Positions 24,110 through 34,769 of a DNA stretch of 64,000 nt are shown one piece after another. Position 1 is the stretch's first letter; each line of letters starts with the position of its first letter. Location: assembly GCA_002104905.1 (NCBI GenBank), contig MCFE01000005.1, positions 186,001 through 250,000 on the forward strand, written 5' to 3'. A program made the translations under genes and the position numbers. The notes under the pieces were generated by a model. It was not told where the DNA came from. It made no database searches and saw only the letters and a list, made by a program, of their open reading frames with translations. The stretch is from Basidiobolus meristosporus CBS 931.73. Lineage: Eukaryota; Fungi; Basidiobolomycota.

Positions 24110-25195
24110 AACATGAAGGAGACAATAACCTATTCCACATTCTTGTCAACACTCGTTCAATGAAATAGTCCAAAAATGGGCTGACAATGAGATTATTGCT
24201 CAAGACCCTGTCAACACACCATTTAACAGCCCCTTGATGCTTGCACCTAAGAAGGATGCTGATGGAAATTCCACTCTGAAGAGACCCTGTTTGGACCCAA
24301 GAAATTGAAACAAACTCCTCTAAGGTAACAAATTTCCAGCTCCAATAATACAGGATATCTTTTCTCACTATCAGGAGCAAAAGTATTCTCCAAGTTGGAC
24401 TTGAAGGATGCATATCACCAATTCCAGATCCATACTGATCATCAGCATAGGACTGCCTTTACTTGGAGTAATATGCAATTGATGTTTCAGGGAGCTCCCA
24501 TTGGCCTAAAAACATTTGCCAGAAAGTTGCAGAAAGTCATGACTATAATACCTGAGAATGCACTATATTCCATATTACTTGTTGATGATGTCATTGTATT
24601 CTCCACAAACTGTGAGGATCACACAACTCATGTCACTGATATATTCAACAGATTGATAGCCACTGGACTGATTCTCAATGCTGAAAAGTGCAGTTTTGCT
24701 TGCCTCAAAATCAATCTGCTTGGATTTATAGGTACACCAGCTGACTACCAAGTAGACCCTTTCAAACTAGTCAATATTCCTGAATAGCCAAAACTCACTA
24801 GTGTCAAGCAACTTCAACATTAACTTGGAGTATTCAACTATTTCAGGGAACATATACTACTCATGTCTTCATTGAGTTCTCCTTTGGATGCAATACTCCA
24901 TAACCCTGATCTCCCCTCAGCCTGAAACAAGACTCATGACCCAGCCTTTGAGTTGCTTTGCTAACTACTTTCACAAGCACCCACCTTATCCTACCAAGAC
25001 TTTACTAAGCCTGTTGCTATTGCTACAGATGCATCTAATATAAGGTTAGGAGCAATCCTCTATTAGGATGATGACCAAAAGGCACCTCACTAGGTCTCTT
25101 TCCAAACCAGATCTCTATAACCTGCTGAGAGAAACTACCCTGCCACCAAGAAGGAGCTACTTGCTAGAGTCTTTGCATGGAAGAAGTTTCATCAG
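24110..25195 (+). mobile_element. Ty3/Gypsy RT-RNase H fragment of a different family
   Basis: 'DLKDAYHQF..TAFTW..MFQGAPIGL..LVDDVIVFS..LNAEKCSF', 'ATDASNIRLGAIL'. No LTRs seen. Confidence 0.85.
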
Positions 25196-25929
25196 TAGAC
25201 TTGTTCCGTTGGATAGTGCCACATTGAGCCATGGGTGCCAAATGATGCCATAGTGTGCCAGAGAGGCCAAGTGAGCCACTACCTGGCCACAGAGTGTGAA
25301 ACATAGCTCTGCATCTTCATACAAAGCAGCCCCTGTGTTTCACCCATTGTGTTGGAGAAAATCCATTTTTTGACCTTTTTTTTTGGATCAATGTTGTGCA
25401 GGATGTGTTAGAGCACAAGCATATTGAAGATATGCATCTGGTACTCAATACCCATGGCACTCTGAGTCTAGCTCCTGTAGCTTGTATCATGTCACAAAAA
25501 TGAATGGCACTATCTTGGTCCACTGGTACTATCTGGCACTATATTTAAATATTAGCCCTAAAGTAACATCTATACAAAGCACTTATAGTGCCAGATAGTA
25601 CCAGTGGACCAAGATAGTGCCATTCATTTTTGTGACATGATACAAGCTACAGGAGCTAGATTCAGAGTGCCTTGGGTATTGAGTACCAGATGCATGTCTT
25701 CAGTCCTTCTGTGCTCTTACACATCATACACAACATTGATCCAAAAAAAGGTCAAAAAATGGATTTTCTCCTGTACAATGGGTGAAATACAGGGGCTGCT
25801 TTGCATGAAGATGCACAGCTATGTTTCACACTCTGTGGCCAAGTTTAGGTTGGCTGTGCCTCTCTGGCATACAATGGCACTATTTAGCACTCATGGCGCA
25901 ATGTGGCACTATCCAATGGAACAAGTCTA
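25196..25929. mobile_element. Complete foldback/MITE-like palindromic element (~347-bp arms, 40-bp spacer)
   Basis: Arms 25196-25543 and 25584-25929 are inverted repeats with ends tagacttgttcc...ggaacaagtcta. No coding capacity. Confidence 0.85.
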
Positions 25930-26369
25930 TTGGCTGATGGATGATGCAATTTTCATTGATCTTATGCACTTATCAACACCCAAATTGATTTCATTTAATC
26001 CAGTCTCTTGGCACTTATTAATTCAACTTGATCAGAAAAGTATAAATAAAGCTTACTGAATCTTTTGGTTCAGTGTGTTTCTCAACAAAATTAGGATGAT
26101 GTCTCAGCAAAATCAAGAATTCAACAATTCTGTTTTAGATTCTACCCAAGACTTGCATATCTAGCACTTCTAAGAACACCAAGCCTAGCCTGCATAGCAA
26201 ACCAACTCTGTTGCCTTTATAGCCAAACCCAGCTGCACACAAGACCATTATTAGACCAGAATCTCTGCCAATATTTCTGCCACTCTTGAACAATTCAAAG
26301 ATTCTGCACACAATTGTCCCTTTGGTGCAGTTACACCATTCAAGAGCTTTATTACACTTTTCTTCCAGG

Positions 26370-27591
26370 ATACCACACTACTTATTGATAAGGCTCTACA
26401 TAGACAGAAGGACCCACACTATTACCCTGAGCCAGTCCAAGTATGTTCAAGATATACTAAAGAAGCACCAAATGGAAGACTCTAAACTGGCAGCTACCCC
26501 AATGGAGACAAACCTTAACTTGGTCAAAACTGGACCAAATAACAGAGCTTGATGCCATCTGCAAGCTGAGAATTCCTTTATTGATCTATGGCTGGCAGTC
26601 TGGTATATATCTTGTATGGAACATGTCTGGATATCTCACACTCTATGGGAGTTGTCAGCCAGCATATTCAGAACTATGGATCTAATCATATTGCAGAAGT
26701 TAAGTAGCTTTTTAGATATTTGAAAGAAATGGCTGATATATGTTTACAGTACACCTATATGGATTGAGAGTGGGATGTTGTGAGCTACTCTGATGCTAAT
26801 TGGGGACAAAATGTAGAAGCCAGAAGATGAACCACTGAGTACACCCTTCTTTACAGCAAAGGCGCAATTGTATGTAATTCAAGAAGGCAACCCACCATGG
26901 CAGAGTATCTGGCAGCCTGTGAGCCTATAAAGGAAGCAATGTGTTAAGAAAGATTTTTAGCCACTTAGGCTTATGTCAACAAGCCCCTACTACAATGCTT
27001 CAAAATAATCAAGGATGCATACAATTAGGTAGAGATCCAGCTTTTCATGCTGGAACTAAGCACATAGATATCAGAAATCATTTTGCATATGAAGCTATCA
27101 AAAATAACTTGGTTAACTTGGTTTACTATCATAAAAGTGAAATGATTTCAGACATATCTACCAAACCATTAGCTAAAGCCAGATTCCAATATCTGAGATC
27201 ACAGTTAGGACTAGTTGATCAGAGTATTTAGTTGAGTGGGAGTGTTGTAGGCTTTGCAATTACATCTAGGTATTCACTTTACTTGGTTACACAGATCATA
27301 GTCTAAATATCTCAGAGAATTCCAGGCAAATTCCTTGTTGGGATTGACTCTGAGTACTTTGCCAAAATATCAGGTACCCAGAACTTGAAAAGTTGGCAAA
27401 CTGTCCCAGCAGCCCCAAATTTTATACACAAGTTCTTGGGACCCTCCTAAGCATCTTGTACATGCATATTTGCCAAGACCATGTAAGAGTATCACTACCA
27501 CTTTTACATTGAATAAATTTTGAAGTGAAAACCACATAATCTACTTGTTCCCCTAAACACTTCTGATATCTCCAAAGCTCTTGCAGCAACA
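26370..27591 (+). mobile_element. Ty1/Copia 3' fragment (RT end, RNase H, PPT, putative 3' LTR 27243-27591)
   Basis: 'ITLSQSKYVQDILKK', 'YSDANWG', 'TKHIDIRNHF..EMISDISTKPL'; PPT gagtgggag is followed by tgttg. The LTR end at gcagcaaca is inferred because CMC terminal sequence resumes at 27592. Confidence 0.8.
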
Positions 27592-28780
27592 AGGCCATTA
27601 AAACAATGTCAGGTTTCTTACCATCATTTGACCCATCAAGATGGGTAGGAATTCCAATGTGCAGTTGCTGTGAAGGTGTCTTTATGGCAGATCTGGGCTG
27701 GATCCGACTGCGGGACCAAATTATTTTTCATAGGGGATTTATGTAATTTTGCGATGGTATTGTGCCACAAATGCTGCCATATGGCTAGCGTTGCTCAAAA
27801 CACCTCGGAACAATTGTGGCTTGGCATCGTGCTTCAGCTAGAAGCGAAATATTGTATAGATACGAATTGCATGATGTCCAAAGTTACCACTGCCACTCTC
27901 AGAACAGAGACGTATGGTGTTGTGAGATATAGCATATTATATCAATGGCGATAATGACTGGATTTTAGCCATGATCAACCACTGCCTGGATGTCCAAACT
28001 GTAAGACAACTTGGCTGACCCCTGCAATCATTCAGGTCGACAGGTACGATGACCATCAGTAGAGTAAACTAGAGGACACCAATATGGCAACATTGATGAT
28101 TGATAACACCACACATCGCACTTCTTATTTTCCTTAAATCTTGCCGCCAGCAATGTGTACTCCCGGTGGTAGTTATTGGAATGGATTCAATGTAGCCTTC
28201 ATTCTAACCAAAAGCATTCGATCAGCCTAAAATGGTAACGGGTGCAACCGAGCTTCTGAATCAAGTAACCATTTGGTAAGCATCAACCAGGGAAGCTAGC
28301 TCGAATAGGCATCCGCTAGCCCGCATGAACTATATCACCATATGGCACCTCAATGGCAGAAAGCCATGAAGAGGCATTGGGGGGGACCTGCACAACGATG
28401 CATCCTCACCAGCGTGCCGGGACATCGCCATTTATGGGACATGCCCCAATAACAATACGATTAAAGCTACTGTGGACAGGAAAAAACTCGAATGTTTCGA
28501 ATGACTTCTTTAAGGAAAATAAGCATAGGTTTGTGGAACTCACGGCCATTGGGTTTATGAGTAAGCGACCACGTACAAAGCGCGCTAATTCAGCTTGGAC
28601 ATTTGTGCATGTTCCTTCCGGAACGATTGATTGGTCCCTCAAACCTGGATAACCGGTCAAGCTATCTTATAGCCAACCTCTCCGGTCAACGTTGCTACGT
28701 GCGATGGAACTCCTTTGGATTGGTCAAGCAAGCAACTGGCAAACATAATGGTGGTACATGGACCTTATCTACACCAGGCG

Positions 28781-28788
28781 TATAAAAG
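28781..28788 (+). promoter_or_regulatory. Putative TATA box of the phosphate transporter gene
   Basis: TATAAAAG about 60 bp upstream of the ATG. Confidence 0.5.
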
Positions 28789-28844
28789 TCCCTAGAACCT
28801 AACCTCGACCTTACTATCAGTGAGTAGTAAAAGCTCCACAAGGC

Positions 28845-30326
28845 ATGGCAGACCAACTTCAATCTCTGGGTGAAGCCAAGCTCACCGGATGGCACCTCCG
28901 AGCAATCATCGTAGCGGGAATTGGGTTCTTCACTGATGCCTACGACATCTTCATCATCAACCTGGCCGTCCCCATGATGGGTTATGTCTACTACACGGAG
29001 AACAACAACAAGATCCCTAAGCAATACGAGGGTCCGCTGAAGGGAGCCACTGCATTTGGTACATTGATTGGGCAGCTGCTCTTTGGATACTTGGGGGATC
29101 GACTTGGCAGAAAGAAAATGTATGGTTCCGAGCTGATCATCATCATTTTTGCCACCCTCTGTTGTGCCATAGCTGGCTCCTGGGCCAAGGGGTTGAATGT
29201 GATCGCCATTCTGGCGTTCTGGCGGTTCATTCTTGGGATAGGGATTGGCGGGGATTATCCAGTGTCTGCGGTGATTACCTCGGAGTTCGCCTCCACCAAG
29301 AGACGAGGAATGATGATTTCCGCGGTGTTCGCATCTCAAGGCACCGGCATCCTGGTTGGCGCGTTGTTCACCGTGATTATGCTTGCTATCTTCCAAGGAG
29401 CCATCCGTGCCGATCAGAACAACTTCGACTACGTGTGGAGAATCATGCTTGGCTTCGGGTGCGTTCCCGCCATCTTCACCGTATACTTCCGGTTGACCAT
29501 GCCCGAGTCCCCCCGCTACACCCTGGAAGTGATCGGGGATGCAGAAAGGGCCGCGGAAGACTTGAGAGGCGTTCTTGATCTCCAGGAGAAGGACCAAGTC
29601 GAGGCCCAGAATCCGATTGTCAAGGCCGAGGGCCGGCAGTCGACTTTTACTGAGCATTTTAGTCAATGGAAGAATTTGAAGGTGCTACTTGGCACTTCAC
29701 TGTCTTGGTTCTTCCTTGACATTGCTTTCTACGGGCTCTCACTGAATCAGTCCTATGTCTTGCAAGCCATCGGGTACTCGTCCAAGGGGCTCTCGCCGTA
29801 CGACGCAATGTGGACCGAGGCTGTCGGGAATCTGATCATCTCGTTAATGGGTACAGTGCCAGGCTATTGGTTCACCGTATTCCTTATCGAGCGCATGGGT
29901 CGTATTAAGATTCAGTTGATGGGCTTCGCCTGTCTGACCATCATCTTCATCATTCTCTCCGCTGGGTTCTATAAGATTCGCGATACTGCGGTGGCGCTAT
30001 TTATTGCCCTTTTCACACTTGCCCAATTCTTCTTCAACTTCGGCCCCAACACCACGACCTTTGTTCTCCCCTCTGAGGTATTTCCCACCCGGTTCCGCTC
30101 CACTGCTCACGGGATCTCTGCCGCTTCCGGTAAGCTTGGAGCAATCATTGCTACATTTGGGTTCAACCAGCTGGTTGAGATTGGTGGCAAGGATGGGGAT
30201 CATGCTTTCCTTCCCCAGACTCTTGGCATCTTTGCTGGGATCATGTTCCTTGGACTCCTGTCAACCTTCTGGGTTCCTGAAACCAAGGGCAAATCTCTGG
30301 AGGAAATCTCCGGTGAAAACAATTAG
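28845..30326 (+). CDS. PHO84: High-affinity inorganic phosphate:H+ symporter (MFS), intronless, 493 aa
   Basis: 'AGIGFFTDAYDIF', 'GIGIGGDYPVSA', 'FFFNFGPNTTTF..E.FPTRFRSTAHGISAASGK'. Confidence 0.92.
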   Translation: MADQLQSLGEAKLTGWHLRAIIVAGIGFFTDAYDIFIINLAVPMMGYVYYTENNNKIPKQYEGPLKGATAFGTLIGQLLFGYLGDRLGRKKMYGSELIIIIFATLCCAIAGSWAKGLNVIAILAFWRFILGIGIGGDYPVSAVITSEFASTKRRGMMISAVFASQGTGILVGALFTVIMLAIFQGAIRADQNNFDYVWRIMLGFGCVPAIFTVYFRLTMPESPRYTLEVIGDAERAAEDLRGVLDLQEKDQVEAQNPIVKAEGRQSTFTEHFSQWKNLKVLLGTSLSWFFLDIAFYGLSLNQSYVLQAIGYSSKGLSPYDAMWTEAVGNLIISLMGTVPGYWFTVFLIERMGRIKIQLMGFACLTIIFIILSAGFYKIRDTAVALFIALFTLAQFFFNFGPNTTTFVLPSEVFPTRFRSTAHGISAASGKLGAIIATFGFNQLVEIGGKDGDHAFLPQTLGIFAGIMFLGLLSTFWVPETKGKSLEEISGENN

Positions 30327-31850
30327 AACACCTATACAATATCTAGTCTATCCACAAACATTTTCCAATAAACATACAAGCAATGATCCGATTGTATGGC
30401 ATTAAGTGCTGTGAAGATTTGATCCTCGATATGGTCGGGTTGCCTTGTGGTTACTTCAATACTTCACAACTCATCAGAATATGGCATCTGGACAGCCAAA
30501 ATTTGATGGGTTGCACCAAGACTTGGACAGTATTAGTGCTGGTCGCCTGTGAAACATTGGCATTTGTCGTACCAATGTAGCTCACCCATTAACATCTATA
30601 TAAAACGTAACGTCGTCAAATGGAATCAGGCCACTTACTACAGCAGATCTGGACGAATGTAAACCCCATCATTCATGATAGCACCCACAGATTCAAACAG
30701 CACAACAGTCCATCATCACTGCCCCTCTTGAAATCAACCAAAAAGTAAACCATCATTAATCACCATTCCGATTTACGTGATGATTTCCGCTAGGAATGTA
30801 AGTTTCAATTCTTCCAAGAAGATCAGCCACCCATATATAGCACCGGCGACAAAGTGATTATGGTCGAATACCAGTACGTGGATGTTCCATTCGGCATCCA
30901 CCCACTCGCCCAGAAATGTTGAGCCTGTCTGATTCATGCACATTCATTATTTTACTTCAGATTTCCGCGGCTCTTGGTTAGATTTCCCCCCCCCCGGAAA
31001 CTCTGGTTGGCATGGTTGGGATCAGAAAGCTGCGTGCCAAACAGAAATCAGGATAAGTTGATGTAAGCGGCATACGTATTTGAAACACCGATATTTATTT
31101 GGGATACAGCTGGCGTTCAGCAACAGTAAACAAGCTAACTAACTGCATTAGTGCAGCAGGAACATCTGGCTCAACAGTCAGTTGAGCAATTGTGCAGCAG
31201 GAATAGTCTGGTTCAACAGTCAATTGGGTAGTTGGGTTCTACCAACCAGCGGGGCTTATCATCGAAACTTCAGGGGCATCTCTCATGATTACAACAAATG
31301 TGTCCGTGTTTGTACCTGTGACGCTAGTAAAGCGAGTCGATCTTACGGTACGTCATCCAAATTGTCAGCGGAGAGAAGGTAACTTCGCTAGAAAACGGCC
31401 ACCTAACTGCATCCAACTTGTATGGTTGGTTGCATATCACATGGCCACCATGGCTTCCAAGTGATACAACTCTGCTAGTTGAGGCGCAATTGTCATGCAT
31501 CCCAAGATTTAGATGACCGAAGGGCCCTTAATTTCGAGAGTGAACCCCACCATTGGACCAATCCCAAAAATGGAAAGGGCTCATCTAAGCAAAGAAGAAA
31601 TTTCCATAAAAGAAGCTTTGTTCACTCATCGCACACGATACGTGTTAATTTAGCTGCATCTACTCCTATTTGCCAACCTCTTTCTGAAACTTCACCGCAA
31701 GTTTCATCGAATAGCTACCCATTAAGAGGCTCAACAATTCCGGAGTGCATTCTCCTAGATAGAGCAACCAACTCGACCGGCCACTAACTTCGTTCGCCCT
31801 TCAGCGGTACCCGCCCAACCATAATACTGTAACATATCTTCGTAGTAAGG

Positions 31851-34382
31851 ATGATTGAGGAATTTGTGGATACCCAGTTCCCTTCCACTTATTATAATCC
31901 CATCACCCCGACAACCTTGCTTAACCCTGAGGTTGCCTCGTTGATTACCACTGTTTCCACGGCTACTCGGATTTCCTTGAGGCTTGCCTCCATCATAACC
32001 GAGGCTATCTTCGAGTCTCTAAAATACAGCACTGCCACGTCGATGGATTTAAGTAAGCGGGCTTTAATTTCCGCCATCTCGGCAGCCAAAACCTTACATT
32101 CATCCAAGCTGCTCGGAAGCAATGAGATACGGGATTCTATCAGGTACGTACGAGCCTGTCTTGCTAATGTGGGAATGGGAACTAACCTTCAGTTCAGTCA
32201 AGCTTATTACAAAGCTCTTGATGGGTACACCAGCCTGGGCATTTACCTCATCAATAACACCTTCAGTCTGGCGGAGCTGTTTATTCATACCGGGTTTCAT
32301 TTGACCTCGAAGACCGTCAAGACCGGCATCAGCGTACGTACCGGCTTATTTCACTAGACATTTTACTTGAGATTCACCCTTTGTTTGTGTTTGTAGGCTG
32401 CTGAAGAGTCGGTACGTATCATCGACGGACTGTTCGGTTCCACCGATACTTCACGTGCCTTGGCAGCAATCGTCGCCTTGGTGAAGCGGGAGGTTTATGA
32501 AGACGAGGACTTTCACTTGGCAAAGTTGGGAAACATCGTTGTCCTTAGGGCCATCACGAAAGCAATGGTCGCGTTTGCTTGTTTGCAAAGCGTCACCCAT
32601 ATAAGATCCTCTAGTACGGTCAGGCTTGTCTTGATGTATGAGAACACAGTAAGTGTGGAAGGTCAGGCACTTACGAGGACTCGAAAGCGTAATTGCACTG
32701 GTCATGGATGGCCTAGAAAGTCCTCGGGCAAAGAGCTCAAACTTGAGTCGGCCACCTCCACTTACATCGCTCAGGAAACGACGGTCAGGGATTTTTCTTG
32801 GGAGTACGACTCCACTGTAAGCATGGAGCAAAATCGTTCAACTTCCCATGAATCCCTCGACTCCGGGGAAAACACCGCCAACTTCAACCCACAATCTAAA
32901 ACCAACAAGGGCCACGCAGAGGAAAACGACTTGAAGCGAAGCAGTAGTTTCTACAAAGTGTTCCAAACCATTAACCACCGGGTGACACATCGTAAAAGCA
33001 TCACCTTCAATGGAGAGTCCAAAAGCAACGACGATCCCGTGGGCCATGAGTCTAGGCCAGATCCACACAACCTGGCCGACCCAGAAACCAACCGCCAGAT
33101 CCTCTCCTACTCCTGCGACTGCGGAAAAGAACATGCAGACAGCAACAGTGCTGGTGGATTCGCGATTCAAAATTTCCCGCAAAGACCGTTGATCAGAAAC
33201 GTGTCAAGGTTCATTCGGTACGCTTCGGCGTCGTACGGCAAGAATTTCATGAAAATCCTTGGGATCGGTGTTTTGGATGACATTTTACATCAGGACTCTA
33301 AGTACCATCCCAACCACTACGCATTCGCCAAGCACACCTCGCTTCCATTGGAGTCTATTCTGCTCTCGTCCTTCACCAACGTCTCATCCTTGAGCTCGCA
33401 TCGACTCCATAATTTGGTTCACTACGTGGCCGTAGATCACTCCATCAATGCCATCGTGTTGACCTGCCGTGGTACACTCGGGTTGTCGGACGTGCTTACC
33501 GATTTGACATGCGACTATGCGGAGATGCATGTTTGGGGGAAACGGCATCTAGCGCACGCGGGAATGTTGCAAAGCGCCCGGATACTGGCATCGGTCAGAA
33601 GTGAAGTCCATCGAACCATTCTTCAGGCTTTGATCGACCATCCCAATTACGGCTTGGTGTTGTGTGGCCACTCATTGGGAGGTGGTGTTGCTGCACTCTT
33701 GTCTATACTGTGGTCAGTCAAGGTACCGTCACACTCATTAATCGAGGAGAATTGCTTTGTGACATCCTCGGGATCTGGGTTGCCACCTGGCCGCGTGGTT
33801 CACTGCTTCACCTACGGCTCGCCATGCGTGGTGTCCCTCAATCTCTCCAAGGAGTGCTCGGGGTTGGTGACCAGTATCGTCAATCACTATGATATTGTCC
33901 CTTGCCTCAGTCTTGGCTTGCTAAAAGACTTCAAGAACGTGGCAATGTCCCTGTACGAAGAAGGGCAGATTGCGGACCAGATCATCTCCAGTGTCCTTGG
34001 AATCCATACTGGAGACAGTATTTACTCGAATATCAGTCGGAAAAACTCGGATCCTTTGGCAGGGGATCCGGACAGAGATTGGTTTTGGAGTCTGATCAAA
34101 ACCATGCGCGCAGATATGTCTTCCGAAAAGCTCTACCCACCTGGAGTCCTGTACTTGCTAGATACAAAGCCCACCTTGGATGTTGGTCCATCCCAACCGG
34201 CTATCCCAGCCACCAGAGTAACGATGCATCGTTGCGAAAACGTGGAGGATCGTTTTTCGGAGATCTTGTTTTCCAAATCTATGTTATTAGATCATTCGCC
34301 TCGCAGTTATGAAGATACCATTGCCCTGTTGGTTCGTGGTCTAGGTGAGCTAAACACCGACCCTACTGAGATCCTTCGGTGA
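31851..34382 (+). CDS. Class 3 lipase / DAG-lipase-like protein, spliced
   Basis: 'CRGTLGLSDVLTD', 'HAGML', nucleophile 'GHSLGGG', 'KLYPPG', 'DH'. GT-AG introns at ~32144-32197 and ~32333-32396. Confidence 0.85.
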
Positions 34383-34769
34383 AGCTTGGATAGTCGCAAC
34401 TCCATTTTTGTAGCTTAGCCTATCTCTCCATGAGACATTATATATATATAACCGAGTGCATTCATCACACCAAACGAATAATCCCTTGGAATGCACACAT
34501 GTTAATATGATTCTGGATGTCCTGTCTATATCCAACATCTCACTGTACTAACAACACATACTCTTGGGGTGGATTTCTCCTGATATTCAGTAAACAACTT
34601 GCAAACCCTATTGAAGTTCATGATTTGGTTCTGTTATATATTGCCATTGTGTATGCTTATGTATGGTAATCATCGTAACAGGGTTTATACAGTAGCTCAG
34701 TGGTTCGTGTATGCGATTCCGACCATTGTGAGAATAGATATGGAAGTGGGTACTTTGTAGATTTCTGCT

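Larger units (their letters stand above)
19910..27735 (+). mobile_element. CMC/CACTA transposon copy 2 with nested insertions
   Basis: TIRs ccctatgaaaaattatt (19910-19926) and aattatttttcataggg (27719-27735) match at 16/17. 19910-24090 is the inverse of ~1680-6452, and 27592-27735 matches the reverse complement of ~963-1150. Flanks are aat/gat (imperfect TSD). Confidence 0.75.

Noticed and set aside
25554-25570. CCCTAAAG in the foldback spacer as a CMC-type terminus
   Set aside because: Both loci show this sequence is internal spacer; the true outer ends are tagacttg/caagtcta, and similarity to CCCTATG is only 5 bp.
963-27735. Surviving CpGs near CMC termini (~1003, 6372, 19992, 27705) suggesting protein protection
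   Set aside because: Scattered CpGs also survive internally (e.g. 324, 347, 1185, 1907), so enrichment cannot be claimed without counts.
1-27735. Classical ascomycete RIP
   Set aside because: CpA/TpG are abundant rather than depleted; the pattern is CpG-specific.
28695-29666. 323-aa antisense ORF over the phosphate transporter
   Set aside because: Shadow ORF of a codon-biased sense gene with no recognisable motifs. The same applies to antisense ORFs over RPS24, eIF3i, PPR and the C2 gene.
34690-34730. tRNA A-box-like TAGCTCAGTGG
   Set aside because: No B-box (GTTCGA) or cloverleaf; it lies in the Dicer 3' flank.
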